Shown here one piece after another: positions 1-10,755 of a stretch of DNA of 64,000 bases. Within the stretch, counting starts at the first letter, position 1; each line of letters begins with the position of its first letter. Under the pieces are notes generated by a model. That model ran no database searches. It was not told where the DNA came from and was given only the letters and a program-made list of their open reading frames with translations. The stretch lies in NCBI GenBank assembly GCA_014584695.1, contig JACTMI010000004.1, positions 128,006 through 192,005 on the forward strand, given 5' to 3'. Made by a program: the position numbers and the translations under genes. The stretch is from Acidobacteriota bacterium (GTDB lineage: Bacteria; Acidobacteriota; Thermoanaerobaculia; Multivoradales; JAGPDF01).

Positions 1-604
1 CACGCACCAGGCGCCGCGGCGGGCGAATCCCGGCGAGGAGGGAGAGGAGCGGCGGCTCCGCCTCGAGCTCAAGCTGCTGGCCGACGTCGGTGTGGTCGGC
101 CTGCCCAACGCCGGCAAGTCGACCCTCATCTCGGTCGTGTCGGCGGCCAAGCCGAAGATCGCGGACTATCCGTTCACAACGCTCGTGCCCCAGCTGGGCG
201 TGGTCGCGAGCGGCCCGCTCGAGCGGCCGTTCGTGATCGCCGACCTGCCCGGCCTGATCGCCGGTGCTTCCCAGGGCGCGGGGCTCGGACACCAGTTCCT
301 GCGCCACGTCGAGCGCTGCCGCGTGCTGGTCCATCTGGTCGACCTGGCCGCCTTCGAGGGCTCGGCGGTCGCCGATCTCGCGACCGTCGAACGCGAGCTC
401 GCCGAATTCGACGCCCGGTTGATCGAGCGGCAACGGCTCCTGGTCGGCAGCAAGCTCGACGCGGCGCGGGAGGAGCGCCGCTCGGAGCTCGCGGCGGCGG
501 CCCGCGAGCGCGGGCTGCCCTACTTCGAGATCTCGGCGGCGACCGGGCAGGGGATTTCGGCGGTGGTGGCGGAGCTCGCGCGGCGGATGGAGGCGACGAG
601 TTGA
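1..604 (+). CDS. obg: GTPase Obg/CgtA, C-terminal part (5' end lies outside the window; frame begins at nt 2)
   Basis: G1 P-loop [10 protein letters not shown] and DLPGLIAGA switch motif; Obg-type C-terminal tail; stop overlaps the nadD start (TTGA). Confidence 0.85.
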   Translation, partial: THQAPRRANPGEEGEERRLRLELKLLADVGVVGLPNAGKSTLISVVSAAKPKIADYPFTTLVPQLGVVASGPLERPFVIADLPGLIAGASQGAGLGHQFLRHVERCRVLVHLVDLAAFEGSAVADLATVERELAEFDARLIERQRLLVGSKLDAAREERRSELAAAARERGLPYFEISAATGQGISAVVAELARRMEATS

Positions 605-1209
605 AGGTCGGGTTCTTCGGCGGCAGCTTCGATCCGATCCATCTCGGCCACGTCGCCGCCGCCGAGGCGGCGCTGGTGGCGCTGGGTCTCGAGCGGGTGG
701 AGTTCGTGCCCACGGCGCGGCCGCCGCACAAAGTCGACCGGCCGATGGCGCCGGCGCTCGCCCGCTTCGCGATGGTCGAGCTGGCGCTGCTCGATCGACC
801 CGAGATGGTGGTCTCGGCCGCGGAGCTCGGCGACGCGGCCGCGAGCTACACCATCGAGACGCTGGAGCGCCGGCGCGCCGAACGCCCCGGCGACGAGCTC
901 CACCTGCTCCTGGGCGCCGATTCGCTCGCCCAACTGCACACCTGGCGGCGCTGGGAGGAGCTGGTCCGGGGCTATCCGATCGGGGTCCTCGCCCGGCCCG
1001 GCTTCGAGCTCGTCCGGCGGCTCGAGGGGGTGCCCACCGCGCTCGCCACGGCGCTCGCCGGCGCTCGCCTGACCTGGATCGACCTGCCCGCCCATCCAGC
1101 CTCCGCGAGCGAGATTCGCGCCCGCCTGGCGCGCGGGGTCGAGCCGCCGGCCGGCTGGCTCGATCCACGGGTGCTAACATTCGCGCGCAAGTACCGCCTC
1201 TATCGATGA
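601..1209 (+). CDS. nadD: nicotinate-nucleotide adenylyltransferase
   Basis: N-terminal [11 protein letters not shown] nucleotidyltransferase motif; TTG start overlapping the obg stop; conserved obg-nadD-rsfS order. Confidence 0.85.
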   Translation: MKVGFFGGSFDPIHLGHVAAAEAALVALGLERVEFVPTARPPHKVDRPMAPALARFAMVELALLDRPEMVVSAAELGDAAASYTIETLERRRAERPGDELHLLLGADSLAQLHTWRRWEELVRGYPIGVLARPGFELVRRLEGVPTALATALAGARLTWIDLPAHPASASEIRARLARGVEPPAGWLDPRVLTFARKYRLYR

Positions 1210-1595
1210 CCTCGCCCGCCCCGATCGAGCGCCCCGACATACCCGAACGCGTGCGCCTGGCGGTGGGCGCGGCGCTGGACACCAAGGGCGAGAACGTCCG
1301 CGTTCGTCACCTCGAGCCGGTGACCGACTTCACCGACTACTTCCTGTTCGCCTCGGGCACCAACGAGCGGCAGGTGCAGGCCATCGCCGACGCCGTCGAC
1401 GGGCGCTTGCGGGCCAACGGAGTCCGTCCCCTCCACGTCGAGGGTCACTCGCCGGCCTCCTGGATCCTGCTCGACTACGGCGATTTCATCGTCCACGTCT
1501 TTCTCGACGAGACGCGCTCGCACTACGGTCTCGAGCGGCTCTGGCGCGACGCGCCCGACGTCACCCCCGACTTCGTCCGGACGCCGGCCCCGTGA
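1206..1595 (+). CDS. rsfS: ribosome silencing factor RsfS (Iojap family)
   Basis: ATGA overlap with nadD; DYFLFASGTNERQVQAIADAV core typical of RsfS; 129 aa. Confidence 0.8.
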   Translation: MTSPAPIERPDIPERVRLAVGAALDTKGENVRVRHLEPVTDFTDYFLFASGTNERQVQAIADAVDGRLRANGVRPLHVEGHSPASWILLDYGDFIVHVFLDETRSHYGLERLWRDAPDVTPDFVRTPAP

Positions 1596-2512
1596 GCGCG
1601 GCGGCGCTCGCCGCGTTGGCGGCGGGCGCGCCCTCCCTGGGCGCCTCTCTGGCGGCGCTCGGCCGCGCCGCGGCGAGCGCGGCGCCGGTCTTGATCCTCG
1701 GCCCGGCCGGCGCCGGCCGCACGGTGCTGGCGCGCGCCCTGCACGCGGCGAGCGATCGCGCGACCGGGCCGCTGGTCGAGTTCGATCCCGGGACCGTGCC
1801 GGCGACCCTGTTCGAGAGCGAGCTGTTCGGCCATCGCGCCGGCGCCTTCACGGGCGCCGACCAGAGCCATCCGGGCCGCGTGGCCCGCGCGCGCGGCGGC
1901 ACGCTGCTGCTCGATCACGTCGAAGAGCTGCCGTTGCCCGCGCAGCCGAAGCTGCTCCGGCTGCTGTCGGAGCGGCGCTACGCCCCGCTCGGAGGGACCG
2001 AGGTCGAGGCCGACACGCGCTTCCTGGCCATCGGATCCGAGGACCTCGCGGAGCGCGTCGCTCGGGGGCTGTTCCGCGAGGATCTCTACTACCGCTTGGA
2101 GGTGCTGACCTTCCGGCTGCCGCCGCTGGCCGCGCGGCCGGGCGACGTCTTGCCCCTGGCCGAGGTGCTGATCGCCGACCTCGCGCTCCGCTTCCACCGC
2201 CCGGCGGCGACGCTCTCGGCGCGCGCGCGAGACTGGATGCCCCGCCACCCCTGGCCCGGCAACATCCGGCAGCTGCGCAACGTCCTCGAGCGCGCGCTGC
2301 TCTCGCCTGCCGGCGGCGACGGCACGGTCCTGGATCCCGAGCCCCCTCCGGGCGGGACCGAGACGCCGCCGCGCAGACTGGTCGATGTCGAGCGCGAGGC
2401 GATCGAGGCCGCGCTCGCCTACAGTCGGGGCCATCAGGGGCGGGCGGCGGCCCTCCTGGGGATCAGCCGCAAGGGACTGTGGGAGAAGCGGCGGCGCCTC
2501 GGCATCCCCTGA
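1592..2512 (+). CDS. stand-alone sigma-54 interaction-domain regulator (AAA+ core plus C-terminal Fis-type HTH, no receiver/sensor domain)
   Basis: GTGA overlap with rsfS; ESELFGH and GAFTGA motifs; atypical Walker A GPAGAGRT; C-terminal HTH (AALLGISRKGLWEKRRRLGI); only about 35 aa precede the AAA+ core. Confidence 0.7.
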   Translation: MSAAALAALAAGAPSLGASLAALGRAAASAAPVLILGPAGAGRTVLARALHAASDRATGPLVEFDPGTVPATLFESELFGHRAGAFTGADQSHPGRVARARGGTLLLDHVEELPLPAQPKLLRLLSERRYAPLGGTEVEADTRFLAIGSEDLAERVARGLFREDLYYRLEVLTFRLPPLAARPGDVLPLAEVLIADLALRFHRPAATLSARARDWMPRHPWPGNIRQLRNVLERALLSPAGGDGTVLDPEPPPGGTETPPRRLVDVEREAIEAALAYSRGHQGRAAALLGISRKGLWEKRRRLGIP

Positions 2513-2518
2513 CGGCGC

Positions 2519-3694
2519 TCATCCGCCGCGGGCATGGACCGCCAGCCGCTCGATGGCGCGGGCGCACTCCTCTTCCGAGTTGAAGAAGTGCGGACCGAGC
2601 CGGATGCCGGCGCCGCGTCGGACGTCGCAGAGGATCCCCTCGGCGAGCAGCGCCGCGCCGATCCGCTCAGCGTCCGCGTGGGCGACCGTGACGGTGCCGC
2701 CGCGTCGTGAGGGATCGCGCGGGGTGGCGATCGCCAGCCCGTGGCGGTCGGCCTCGCGGATCAGCAGCTCGGTGAGCGCGACCGAGCGCGCGCGGATCCG
2801 CTCGATGCCGACGGCCCGGATCATCCGGTAGCCCGGCCGGCAGGCGAGCAGCGACGGCACCGCGGGCGTGCCGGTGAGGAATCGCCGAGCCCCCGCCGCG
2901 GGGCGCAGGGGACCGGGCCGGAAAGCGAAGGGCTCCTCGTCGGCTTGCCAGCCACTGGCGGCGGGCACGAGCTCGGCCGCGCGGTCGGGCCGGACGTAGA
3001 GGTAACCCGCTCCCGGGCCGCCGCAGAGCCATTTCACCGAGCCGCCGACGGCGGCGTCGACGCCCCAGCGTTCGAGCTCGACCGGCAGAATCCCCGCCGA
3101 CTGGTAGGTGTCGAGGACCAGGATCGCTCCGACCTCCCGGCAGCGCGCGGCGAGCGCGGCGGCGTCGATCCGGTAGGAGCTCCGGAACAGGACGTGCGAA
3201 ACCACCGCGACGCGGGTGCGCGCGTCGATCGACTCGAGCAGGCGCGCCTCGTCGGCGTGGATCGGGTCCGCCGCGGGAATCTGGACGATCTCGGCGCCGC
3301 GGCGAGCCTCGCCGTACAGGACGTAGTGCGTGGTCGGAAAATCGAGCGCGAGCGTGACGATGCGCGAGCGTCCGGCGGGGAAGTCGAGAGCCGACAGCAG
3401 CACCGCGAGCGCCACGGAGACGTTGGCGTGCATCGCGAGCGTGCCGGCCGGGGCGCCGACGAGGGGAGCCAACAGGTCGCCGGTGGCGAGCGGCAGCTCC
3501 CACCAGCCCTCGCTCCACGCGCGGACGCCCCGGTCGCGCCAAGCGCCGGCGAAGGCGGCGAGCTCCGCCTCGACGCCGCGTGGCATGGGGCCGAGCGAGT
3601 GGTTGACGAGGTGGATCGTGGCCTCGGCCAGCGGCAGCTCGCGGCGCCAGGCGAGCAGATCGCTGGTTTCGATCGGGTCGGGGAGAGCGCTCAC
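2519..3694 (-). CDS. PLP-dependent aminotransferase class V-fold enzyme (kynureninase-like)
   Basis: GTG start; SVKWLCGGPGAGYLY resembles the kynureninase/class V lysine-region motif; 391 aa; convergent with the upstream regulator. Confidence 0.55.
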   Translation of the reverse strand: MSALPDPIETSDLLAWRRELPLAEATIHLVNHSLGPMPRGVEAELAAFAGAWRDRGVRAWSEGWWELPLATGDLLAPLVGAPAGTLAMHANVSVALAVLLSALDFPAGRSRIVTLALDFPTTHYVLYGEARRGAEIVQIPAADPIHADEARLLESIDARTRVAVVSHVLFRSSYRIDAAALAARCREVGAILVLDTYQSAGILPVELERWGVDAAVGGSVKWLCGGPGAGYLYVRPDRAAELVPAASGWQADEEPFAFRPGPLRPAAGARRFLTGTPAVPSLLACRPGYRMIRAVGIERIRARSVALTELLIREADRHGLAIATPRDPSRRGGTVTVAHADAERIGAALLAEGILCDVRRGAGIRLGPHFFNSEEECARAIERLAVHARGG

Positions 3695-3725
3695 GCCACC
3701 ATGGTACCCGGGTTAGCATGCGGGC

Positions 3726-4484
3726 GTGCTGCGTTGGCAGGAGCTGCCCTTTCCGCGACTCACTGTGGAGAGCGATCGGCCGCGGGTCGCGCTCCTGCCG
3801 GTGGGCGCGATCGAGGCGCACGGCCCGCACCTGCCGGTCGGCACCGACGTCTGGATCGCCGAGGCGATGGCCCGCGCCGCGTTTCCTGGCCTGCTCGACG
3901 GCGGCTTCCAGCCGCTGCTCCTGCCGGCGCTCGCCTACACGCCGGCGCCGTTCGCCGAAGAGTTCCCGGGCACGCTCTCGATCCGTCCGGAGACCCTGAC
4001 CGCGCTGGTGGTCGACCTGGCGCGCGCGCTCGGCCGGCAAGGGACCGCCTGTCTCGCGCTCGCCAACGCGCACTTCGACCCCGCGCACTTGGGAGCGCTC
4101 GCCGCCGCGCGCGACGAGCTTGCCGGCGGCGCCGCGCCACGGCTCGCCTGGCCGGACCTCACCCGGCGCGCGCTCGCGGCCCGGCTGACCGAGGAGTTCC
4201 AGAGCGGCGCCTGCCACGCGGGCCGCTACGAAACCTCGATCCTGCTCGCCGTCCGCCCCGAGCTGGTCGACGAGGAAGCGCGCGGCGCCCTCGCCGCCAA
4301 TCCCCGCTCGTTGCCGGAGGCGATCCGGGCCGGGCACAGGACGTTCCGGCAGGCGGGCGGGCCGGCGGCCTACTTCGGTGACCCCGCCCGCGGCTCGCGC
4401 GAGGAGGGAGAGGAGACGATCGCGCGCTTGGGAGGCATCCTCGTCGACGCCGTCCGCGCGGCGATGGGTGACCCGGCACGATGA
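3726..4484 (+). CDS. creatininase-family amidohydrolase
   Basis: LPVGAIEAHGPHLPVGTDVWIAEA metal-binding motif typical of the creatinine amidohydrolase family; 252 aa. Confidence 0.7.
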   Translation: MLRWQELPFPRLTVESDRPRVALLPVGAIEAHGPHLPVGTDVWIAEAMARAAFPGLLDGGFQPLLLPALAYTPAPFAEEFPGTLSIRPETLTALVVDLARALGRQGTACLALANAHFDPAHLGALAAARDELAGGAAPRLAWPDLTRRALAARLTEEFQSGACHAGRYETSILLAVRPELVDEEARGALAANPRSLPEAIRAGHRTFRQAGGPAAYFGDPARGSREEGEETIARLGGILVDAVRAAMGDPAR

Positions 4485-4507
4485 CGAACCCAGAGGAGGA
4501 GGCAACC

Positions 4508-4900
4508 ATGAGCATGGTCTCGGAGTTCCGGCAGTTCATCCAGCGTGGCAACGTGATCGATCTGGCGGTCGCCGTCATCATCGGCGGCGCGTTCGGCAAG
4601 ATCGTCGGCTCGTTCGTCAACGACGTGCTGATGCCGCCGATCGGACTGCTGCTGGGTGGCATGCAGTTCGGCGATCTCAAGGCGGTCATCGGCGGCAGCG
4701 CCGAGGCACCGGTGACCCTCAACTACGGCGCCTTCGTGCAGACGACGGTCGACTTTCTCATCGTCGCCTTCTGCGTCTTCCTGCTGGTCAAGGCGGTCAA
4801 CGCGATGAAGAAGCCGGAGCCGCCCGCCGCGCCGGCCGAACCACCCGCGCAGGAGAAGCTGCTGGCCGAGATCCGCGACCTCCTCCGCCAGCGCGCCTGA
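4508..4900 (+). CDS. mscL: large-conductance mechanosensitive channel
   Basis: MSMVSEFRQFIQRGNVIDLAVAVIIGGAFGKIV is the canonical MscL N-terminus/TM1; GAGGAGG RBS upstream; the track ORF starts 27 nt earlier at an in-frame Met. Confidence 0.9.
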   Translation: MSMVSEFRQFIQRGNVIDLAVAVIIGGAFGKIVGSFVNDVLMPPIGLLLGGMQFGDLKAVIGGSAEAPVTLNYGAFVQTTVDFLIVAFCVFLLVKAVNAMKKPEPPAAPAEPPAQEKLLAEIRDLLRQRA

Positions 4901-4924
4901 GCAAAGACAAGTCGACCCCTGGCG

Positions 4925-5095
4925 CGGCTGCATGGAGGCGAGCCGCCACGCGAGCGACCGCGGCGGGCTGAGGCCAGCGGAGCGAGCCGCCAGGCTCGCG
5001 ACCGCGGAAGGGTGAGGCCAGCGGATTCACTCCGCTGGCCGAGGGGAGGGCGCGTGCCCTCCCCTTGCAGACGAACCCCCGCGTGCCCTCCCCTT
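4925..5095. repeat. REP-like dispersed repeat, copy 1 (two tandem GC hairpin units plus two further hairpins)
   Basis: About 100 nt nearly identical to 53.9 kb (agcggagcgagccgccaggctcgcgaccgcgga.gggtgaggccagcggattcactccgctggccgaggggagggcgcgtgccctcccct); hairpins gcgagcc/ggctcgc, ccagcgga/tccgctgg, ggggagggc/gccctcccc. Confidence 0.6.
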
Positions 5096-5099
5096 TCAG

Positions 5100-5693
5100 T
5101 CACCCCTGAGGCGCGCCGGCGGTGGACCGCACCAGGCCGTGGGGCAGGCGGGCGGCGCAGTCGGCGCAGAAGGTGGCGCCGCGCAGATCGGCGGCCTCGA
5201 CGCTGGCGGCGAAACGCATCAGGCAGGCGGGGTCCTCGCAGTGGGCGAGCCCGGCGGCGTGCCCTAGCTCGTGCAGGATCTCGGCCGCGGCGCGCCGCGC
5301 GACCAGCCCCGGATCGCGCGGCAGGCCGTAGTGCTCGGGGTCGAGCCGGGCGAGAGAGATCACCACCGCGCGGCCGCCCAGCCGGGCGCGGCCGAAGACG
5401 TAGGCGAAGATCGGCACGGCGATGTCGACGGCGGTGATCCCGACCAGAGGTGCGTCGACTTCGGCCAGCGGCTCGAGGCTCACCAGCAGGCGGTCGGCGT
5501 CGAGCTGCGGTCGGTTCGGCACCCGCGGCAGCTCGCCCGCGAGCGGTGGCGGCACCGCGCGGCAGGGCAGCGCGCTGCGCTTCGACAGCTCGAGCGCCAA
5601 CCGTTCCAGCGTACCCTCGTCGAGCTGCGCGACCGGCGCGAGGTGAATCTCGCGCCAGGTCCGTGGCGCGCCGTGCGCCGGCGAATCCATCAT
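5100..5693 (-). CDS. archaemetzincin-like zinc metallopeptidase
   Basis: HELGHAAGLAHCEDPACLM...CADC matches the archaemetzincin signature HExxHxxGxxHCxxxxCxM...CxxC; 197 aa; only the 3' third of the 456-aa track ORF is real. Confidence 0.7.
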   Translation of the reverse strand: MMDSPAHGAPRTWREIHLAPVAQLDEGTLERLALELSKRSALPCRAVPPPLAGELPRVPNRPQLDADRLLVSLEPLAEVDAPLVGITAVDIAVPIFAYVFGRARLGGRAVVISLARLDPEHYGLPRDPGLVARRAAAEILHELGHAAGLAHCEDPACLMRFAASVEAADLRGATFCADCAARLPHGLVRSTAGAPQG

Positions 5694-5719
5694 CCGCGCC
5701 CGCTCCACGGCCCAGGCAC

Positions 5720-7086
<1,367 letters not shown>

Positions 7087-7090
<4 letters not shown>

Positions 7091-8775
7091 GCGGGCCTCC
7101 GCTCCGCGGCCGACTCCGGCGCGCCCTCGACCGGCGCCGGCTGCCGGACCGGCAGCTCGACCGTGAAGACCGCGCCCGAATCGGGCGGCGAGTCGACGTC
7201 GATGCGCCCGCGGTGACGCTCGACGATGCCGTAGACGATGGCGAGGCCGAGGCCCACGCCGGCGCCTTGCGACTTGGTGGTGAAGAACGGCTCGAAAACG
7301 TGGTCGATGACCTCCGGCGGGATGCCGCGCCCGGTGTCGGAAACCGTCAGGAACAACCGCTCGCGCGTCGTGTCGGTGCGCGCCGCGACGCGCACGCGGC
7401 CGCCCTCGGGGGTGGCTTCGAGCGCGTTGATCAGCAGGGCGAGCAGCGCCTGCTGGATCTGGGACGCGTCGCACTCGACGGGCGGCAGGTCGGCCGCCAG
7501 GACGATCTCGAGCTCGACGCCCGCGAGCTGCGCCTGGTGGCGCAGCAGGAGGACGCATCGCTCGACGATCGGCGCGATCTCGGCGGGCGAGAACAGGGCG
7601 CCGGGAGTGCGCGAGAACAGCAGCAGGTTGCGCACGATCTCGCCGCAGCGCAGGGCCTCGTCCTCGACCAGCTTGAGGATGCGGTCGATGTCCATGCCGG
7701 CGGTGCCGTCGGTCACCGGCGCGCCGGCGGCGAGCGCCTCCTCTCGCCGCCGCCGCAGCAGGCGGGCGTAGGTGGCAATGCCGGCCAGTGGATTGTTGAG
7801 CTCGTGCGCGACGCTCGCCGAGAGCTTGCCGAGCGAGGCCATCTTCTCGACCCGCAGCAGGTGCTGGTGGGTGAGCTCGAGCTCGCGGGTCTTCTCCTCG
7901 ACCCGCTCCTCGAGCCGGTGCCCCCAGGAGGCGAGCTCGGCGTGGGCGGCGCCGAGGTCGGAAGCCATCCGGTTCCAGGCGCGCGCGAGATCTCCCAGCT
8001 CGTCGGCGCCGCCGGCCGGCACGCGCGCCGAGAAGTCCCCCTCCGCGAGGCGCGGCGCGGCGGCGGTCAGCGCCCCGACCGGCCGCAGGACCAGCCACCA
8101 GGCGAGCAGGAAGGCGAGGGCGACGACGGCGGCGACGGTCGCCACCAGGCCAGCCAGCAGCTGGCGCTGGGAGTCGGAGAGGGCGGCGTCGACGCGCGTC
8201 AGCGGCAGCTGGACGTCGAGCACGCCGAGCACCGTCTGCTCCGGCGGGTGGGCGTGGCAATCCGCGTTCGAGCAGGCCAGCTCGTTGCGCACGGGCGAGA
8301 TGAGGCCGAGGATCCGGCCCTCCCCGGGCCGGGTGAAGATGCGCGTCCGGCCCGGCCCGAGCGGGCTCTCGAGCGCGGTGTCGCCGGCGTGACAGGAGAC
8401 GCACTGCTCGGCCGAGAGGTCGACCTGGTGACCGATCTCCGAGCTTTCGCTGGAGTGGGTGATCCGCCCCTGCTTGTCGAACACCCGCACGCGGTCGATC
8501 GTCTCCTGCGCCGCGAGCGTGCCGACGATGCGCGACAGCTCGGCCGTGTCGTTGCGCAGCATCGAATCGCGGGTCGCGCCACGGATGACCTCGACCACGG
8601 TGTCGGCCTGCGACTCGACGACGCGCGTGAGCTGCCGGCGTTGGGAGGCGAGATTCCACGCCCCGGCGGTGACCAGAATGGCGGCGGCGCCCGCCGACAG
8701 GACGAGCGCCAGCCGCAGGGCGAGGCGAAAAGGCGGTGACCGCCGCGAGGCGGCCACCGCCGGGCGCTGGGTCAT
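7087..8775 (-). CDS. sensor histidine kinase with two TM helices and a periplasmic domain carrying CxxCH
   Basis: HisKA H-box [13 protein letters not shown], HATPase G-boxes ([18 protein letters not shown]), HAMP-like linker; periplasmic CVSCH and CSNADCH motifs between the two TM segments. Confidence 0.85.
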
Positions 8776-8782
8776 CGCGACC

Positions 8783-9976
8783 TCACGCCACCCGGCCGGC
8801 CGTCGCCGGCAGCGGGCGGCCCGACGGACCCGAAGGCGCCGGCGCGGCGTGGTGCCCGCCGTCGGCCTCAGGATACACCCGGAAGTATCGCACCATCAGC
8901 GCGAAGGCCGCGAACCCGATCGCCACCATGAACAGCGAGATGGCGATCTCGGTCCAGGCCGGAACGTAGCGGGTGCCGGCCGCGGTCTCGAGCCCGGTGA
9001 CGCTGACGTTCAGGCGATTGACCACGAAGCCCATCACCGTGAGCAGCGCCGCCGGGTAGAGCCGTCGGATGTCGGCACGGGCACGCGGCGAGAGCAGGAG
9101 CAGGAAGGGCAGGACGACTCCGAGCGCCAGCTCGAGGGCGAACAGCGAGGCTTCGTAGGTGGGCTGGAAGGCCAGGGCGAGGACGCCGCGGTGGATCAGG
9201 TCGTAGATCCGGAAGATCGCGAACACGCCCAGACCGACCAGCAGCACGCGCGAGATGTCGGTGAGCAGGTCCATTTCCAGCTCGCGGCCGAAGGCGCGCG
9301 AGGAGAGGCGCGACTCGACGATCACCATCGCGAGCCCCGCGACGATCGCCGACGACCAGAAGATCCAGGGCAGCGCCGCGGTGTACCAGAGGGGATGGAG
9401 CTTGCCCGGCACGATCAGGTAGAGGGCTCCGAGCGAGGACTGGTGGAGGGTCGACAGCAGAACCCCCGCCAGCACCAGGGGGATGGTCGCCGCGCGCTGC
9501 ACCGCCTGCGCGCGCTTCCAACCCACCTTCTCGAACACCATGCCGGAGAGCTCGAGCGCCAGCACCGCGGTGTAGAGCATCACGCACCACGCGACCTCGA
9601 ACATCACCGAGCTGGGGTTCCACATCACGATCGGATGCCAGATGTTCCAGGGCCGCCCGAGGTCGAGCAGCAGCGCGCCGATCACCAGCAGGTAGCCGAG
9701 GAACGCGGTCAGCACCGCGGGCCGGACGATGGGATGGAAGCGCTTCAGGTTGAAGATGTAGACCGCCGCGGTGATGGTGAAGCCGCCGGCGGCGAGGCCG
9801 ACGCCGCACAGCAGGTCGAAGCCGATCCACAGACCCCAGGGGAACTCGTCCGAGAGGTTGGTGGTCGCGCCCAGCCCTTGGCTGTAGCGCAGGGCGACCA
9901 CCGGCAGGCCGACGGCGAGCAGCAGGTAGAAGATCCCCCGCCAGAGGGGGAAGCGGTTCGTCTCACGCGCGGTCAT
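8783..9976 (-). CDS. NrfD/PsrC/HybB-family polytopic membrane quinone-interacting subunit
   Basis: About 8-10 predicted TM helices; NrfD-like family resemblance; ATG at 9976 has a GAGGAG RBS (the track GTG at 10000 is an alternative); overlaps the FeS gene by 14 nt. Confidence 0.7.
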   Translation of the reverse strand: MTARETNRFPLWRGIFYLLLAVGLPVVALRYSQGLGATTNLSDEFPWGLWIGFDLLCGVGLAAGGFTITAAVYIFNLKRFHPIVRPAVLTAFLGYLLVIGALLLDLGRPWNIWHPIVMWNPSSVMFEVAWCVMLYTAVLALELSGMVFEKVGWKRAQAVQRAATIPLVLAGVLLSTLHQSSLGALYLIVPGKLHPLWYTAALPWIFWSSAIVAGLAMVIVESRLSSRAFGRELEMDLLTDISRVLLVGLGVFAIFRIYDLIHRGVLALAFQPTYEASLFALELALGVVLPFLLLLSPRARADIRRLYPAALLTVMGFVVNRLNVSVTGLETAAGTRYVPAWTEIAISLFMVAIGFAAFALMVRYFRVYPEADGGHHAAPAPSGPSGRPLPATAGRVA

Positions 9977-10745
9977 GGTTCGACTCCTCGGCCGCGGCAC
10001 GGGCCGCGTGCTCGGCGCGCGCGACCTCTTCGCGCCGGTTGGTGATCCACCAGATACCGGCCAGCATCGCGCCGCCGATCGACAAGATGCCGGGGATCTT
10101 CTCGAGCGCGGCCGCCGTCAGGGCGGGCAACGGAGCGCCGTCGAGCGCCGGGAAGCCGAGCTGCTCGAACGGCACCGGCGACAGGAACAGCATCGACGTG
10201 CCGCCGATCTCGTGCTCACCGTAGACGTGCGGATGGTAGGTGTCCGGGCTCTCGGCGATGCGCCGGTGCGCCTCGGCGATCAGCTCGTCGCGGGGGCCGA
10301 ACACGGTGGCCTCGGCGGGGCAGGCCTCGGCGCAGGCGGTGGGCTGGCCCTCGGCCTGGCGGGTGGCGCAGAAGTCGCACTTGACGACCGCCGGCACCGC
10401 CTTGTCCCACTCGTACTTCGGCACGTTGAACGGGCAGGCCTGCATGCAGTAGCGGCAGCCGAGGCAGCGCTTGGCGTCGTAGACCACCGGGCCCGCGGGG
10501 AGCTTGCGGAAGGCCTCGACCGGGCAGACGCTGACGCAGGAGGGCTCCAGGCAGTGGCGGCACATCTGCCGGACGTAGATCCCGTCGCGCTCCTCGAGCG
10601 CGGTGAGCGAGCGCGACGAGAGGGCGCGGACCGTCTCCGGGTCGGTGTCGAGGTGATGGGCGGCCAGGCAGGCCGCCGTGCACTCGTTGCAGCCGATGCA
10701 GCGGGTCAGGTCGATGAGCAGGGCCTGCGGACGGGCGAGGGCCAT
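9963..10745 (-). CDS. 4Fe-4S ferredoxin-type subunit (HybA/PsrB-like), C-terminal TM anchor, no signal peptide
   Basis: Four Cys clusters (CIGCNECTAAC, CRHCLEPSCVSVCP, CLGCRYCMQACP, CDFCATR...CAEACP); C-terminal hydrophobic helix IPGILSIGGAMLAGIWWI; no Tat motif at the N-terminus. Confidence 0.8.
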   Translation of the reverse strand: MALARPQALLIDLTRCIGCNECTAACLAAHHLDTDPETVRALSSRSLTALEERDGIYVRQMCRHCLEPSCVSVCPVEAFRKLPAGPVVYDAKRCLGCRYCMQACPFNVPKYEWDKAVPAVVKCDFCATRQAEGQPTACAEACPAEATVFGPRDELIAEAHRRIAESPDTYHPHVYGEHEIGGTSMLFLSPVPFEQLGFPALDGAPLPALTAAALEKIPGILSIGGAMLAGIWWITNRREEVARAEHAARAAAEESNHDRA

Positions 10746-10755
10746 GGGCCACCTC

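Noticed and set aside
2667-4505. 612-aa minus-strand ORF and its 546-aa plus-strand mirror (2741..4381) overlapping the aminotransferase and creatininase genes
   Set aside because: Arg/Pro/Gly/Ala-dominated low-complexity translations with no motifs. They are typical of out-of-frame ORFs in very high-GC DNA, and both overlap genes with clear family motifs on the other frame.
4925-5095. Diversity-generating retroelement or CRISPR interpretation of the dispersed repeats
   Set aside because: There are only two loci, no regular spacer-repeat periodicity, no reverse transcriptase or cas genes, and no adenine-specific substitutions between copies.
4723-5103. 126-aa ORF sharing a long identical peptide with ORF 53084..54061 (apparent duplicated small protein)
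   Set aside because: The shared peptide is the translation of the REP-like DNA repeat, so it reflects DNA-level repetition, not a conserved protein.
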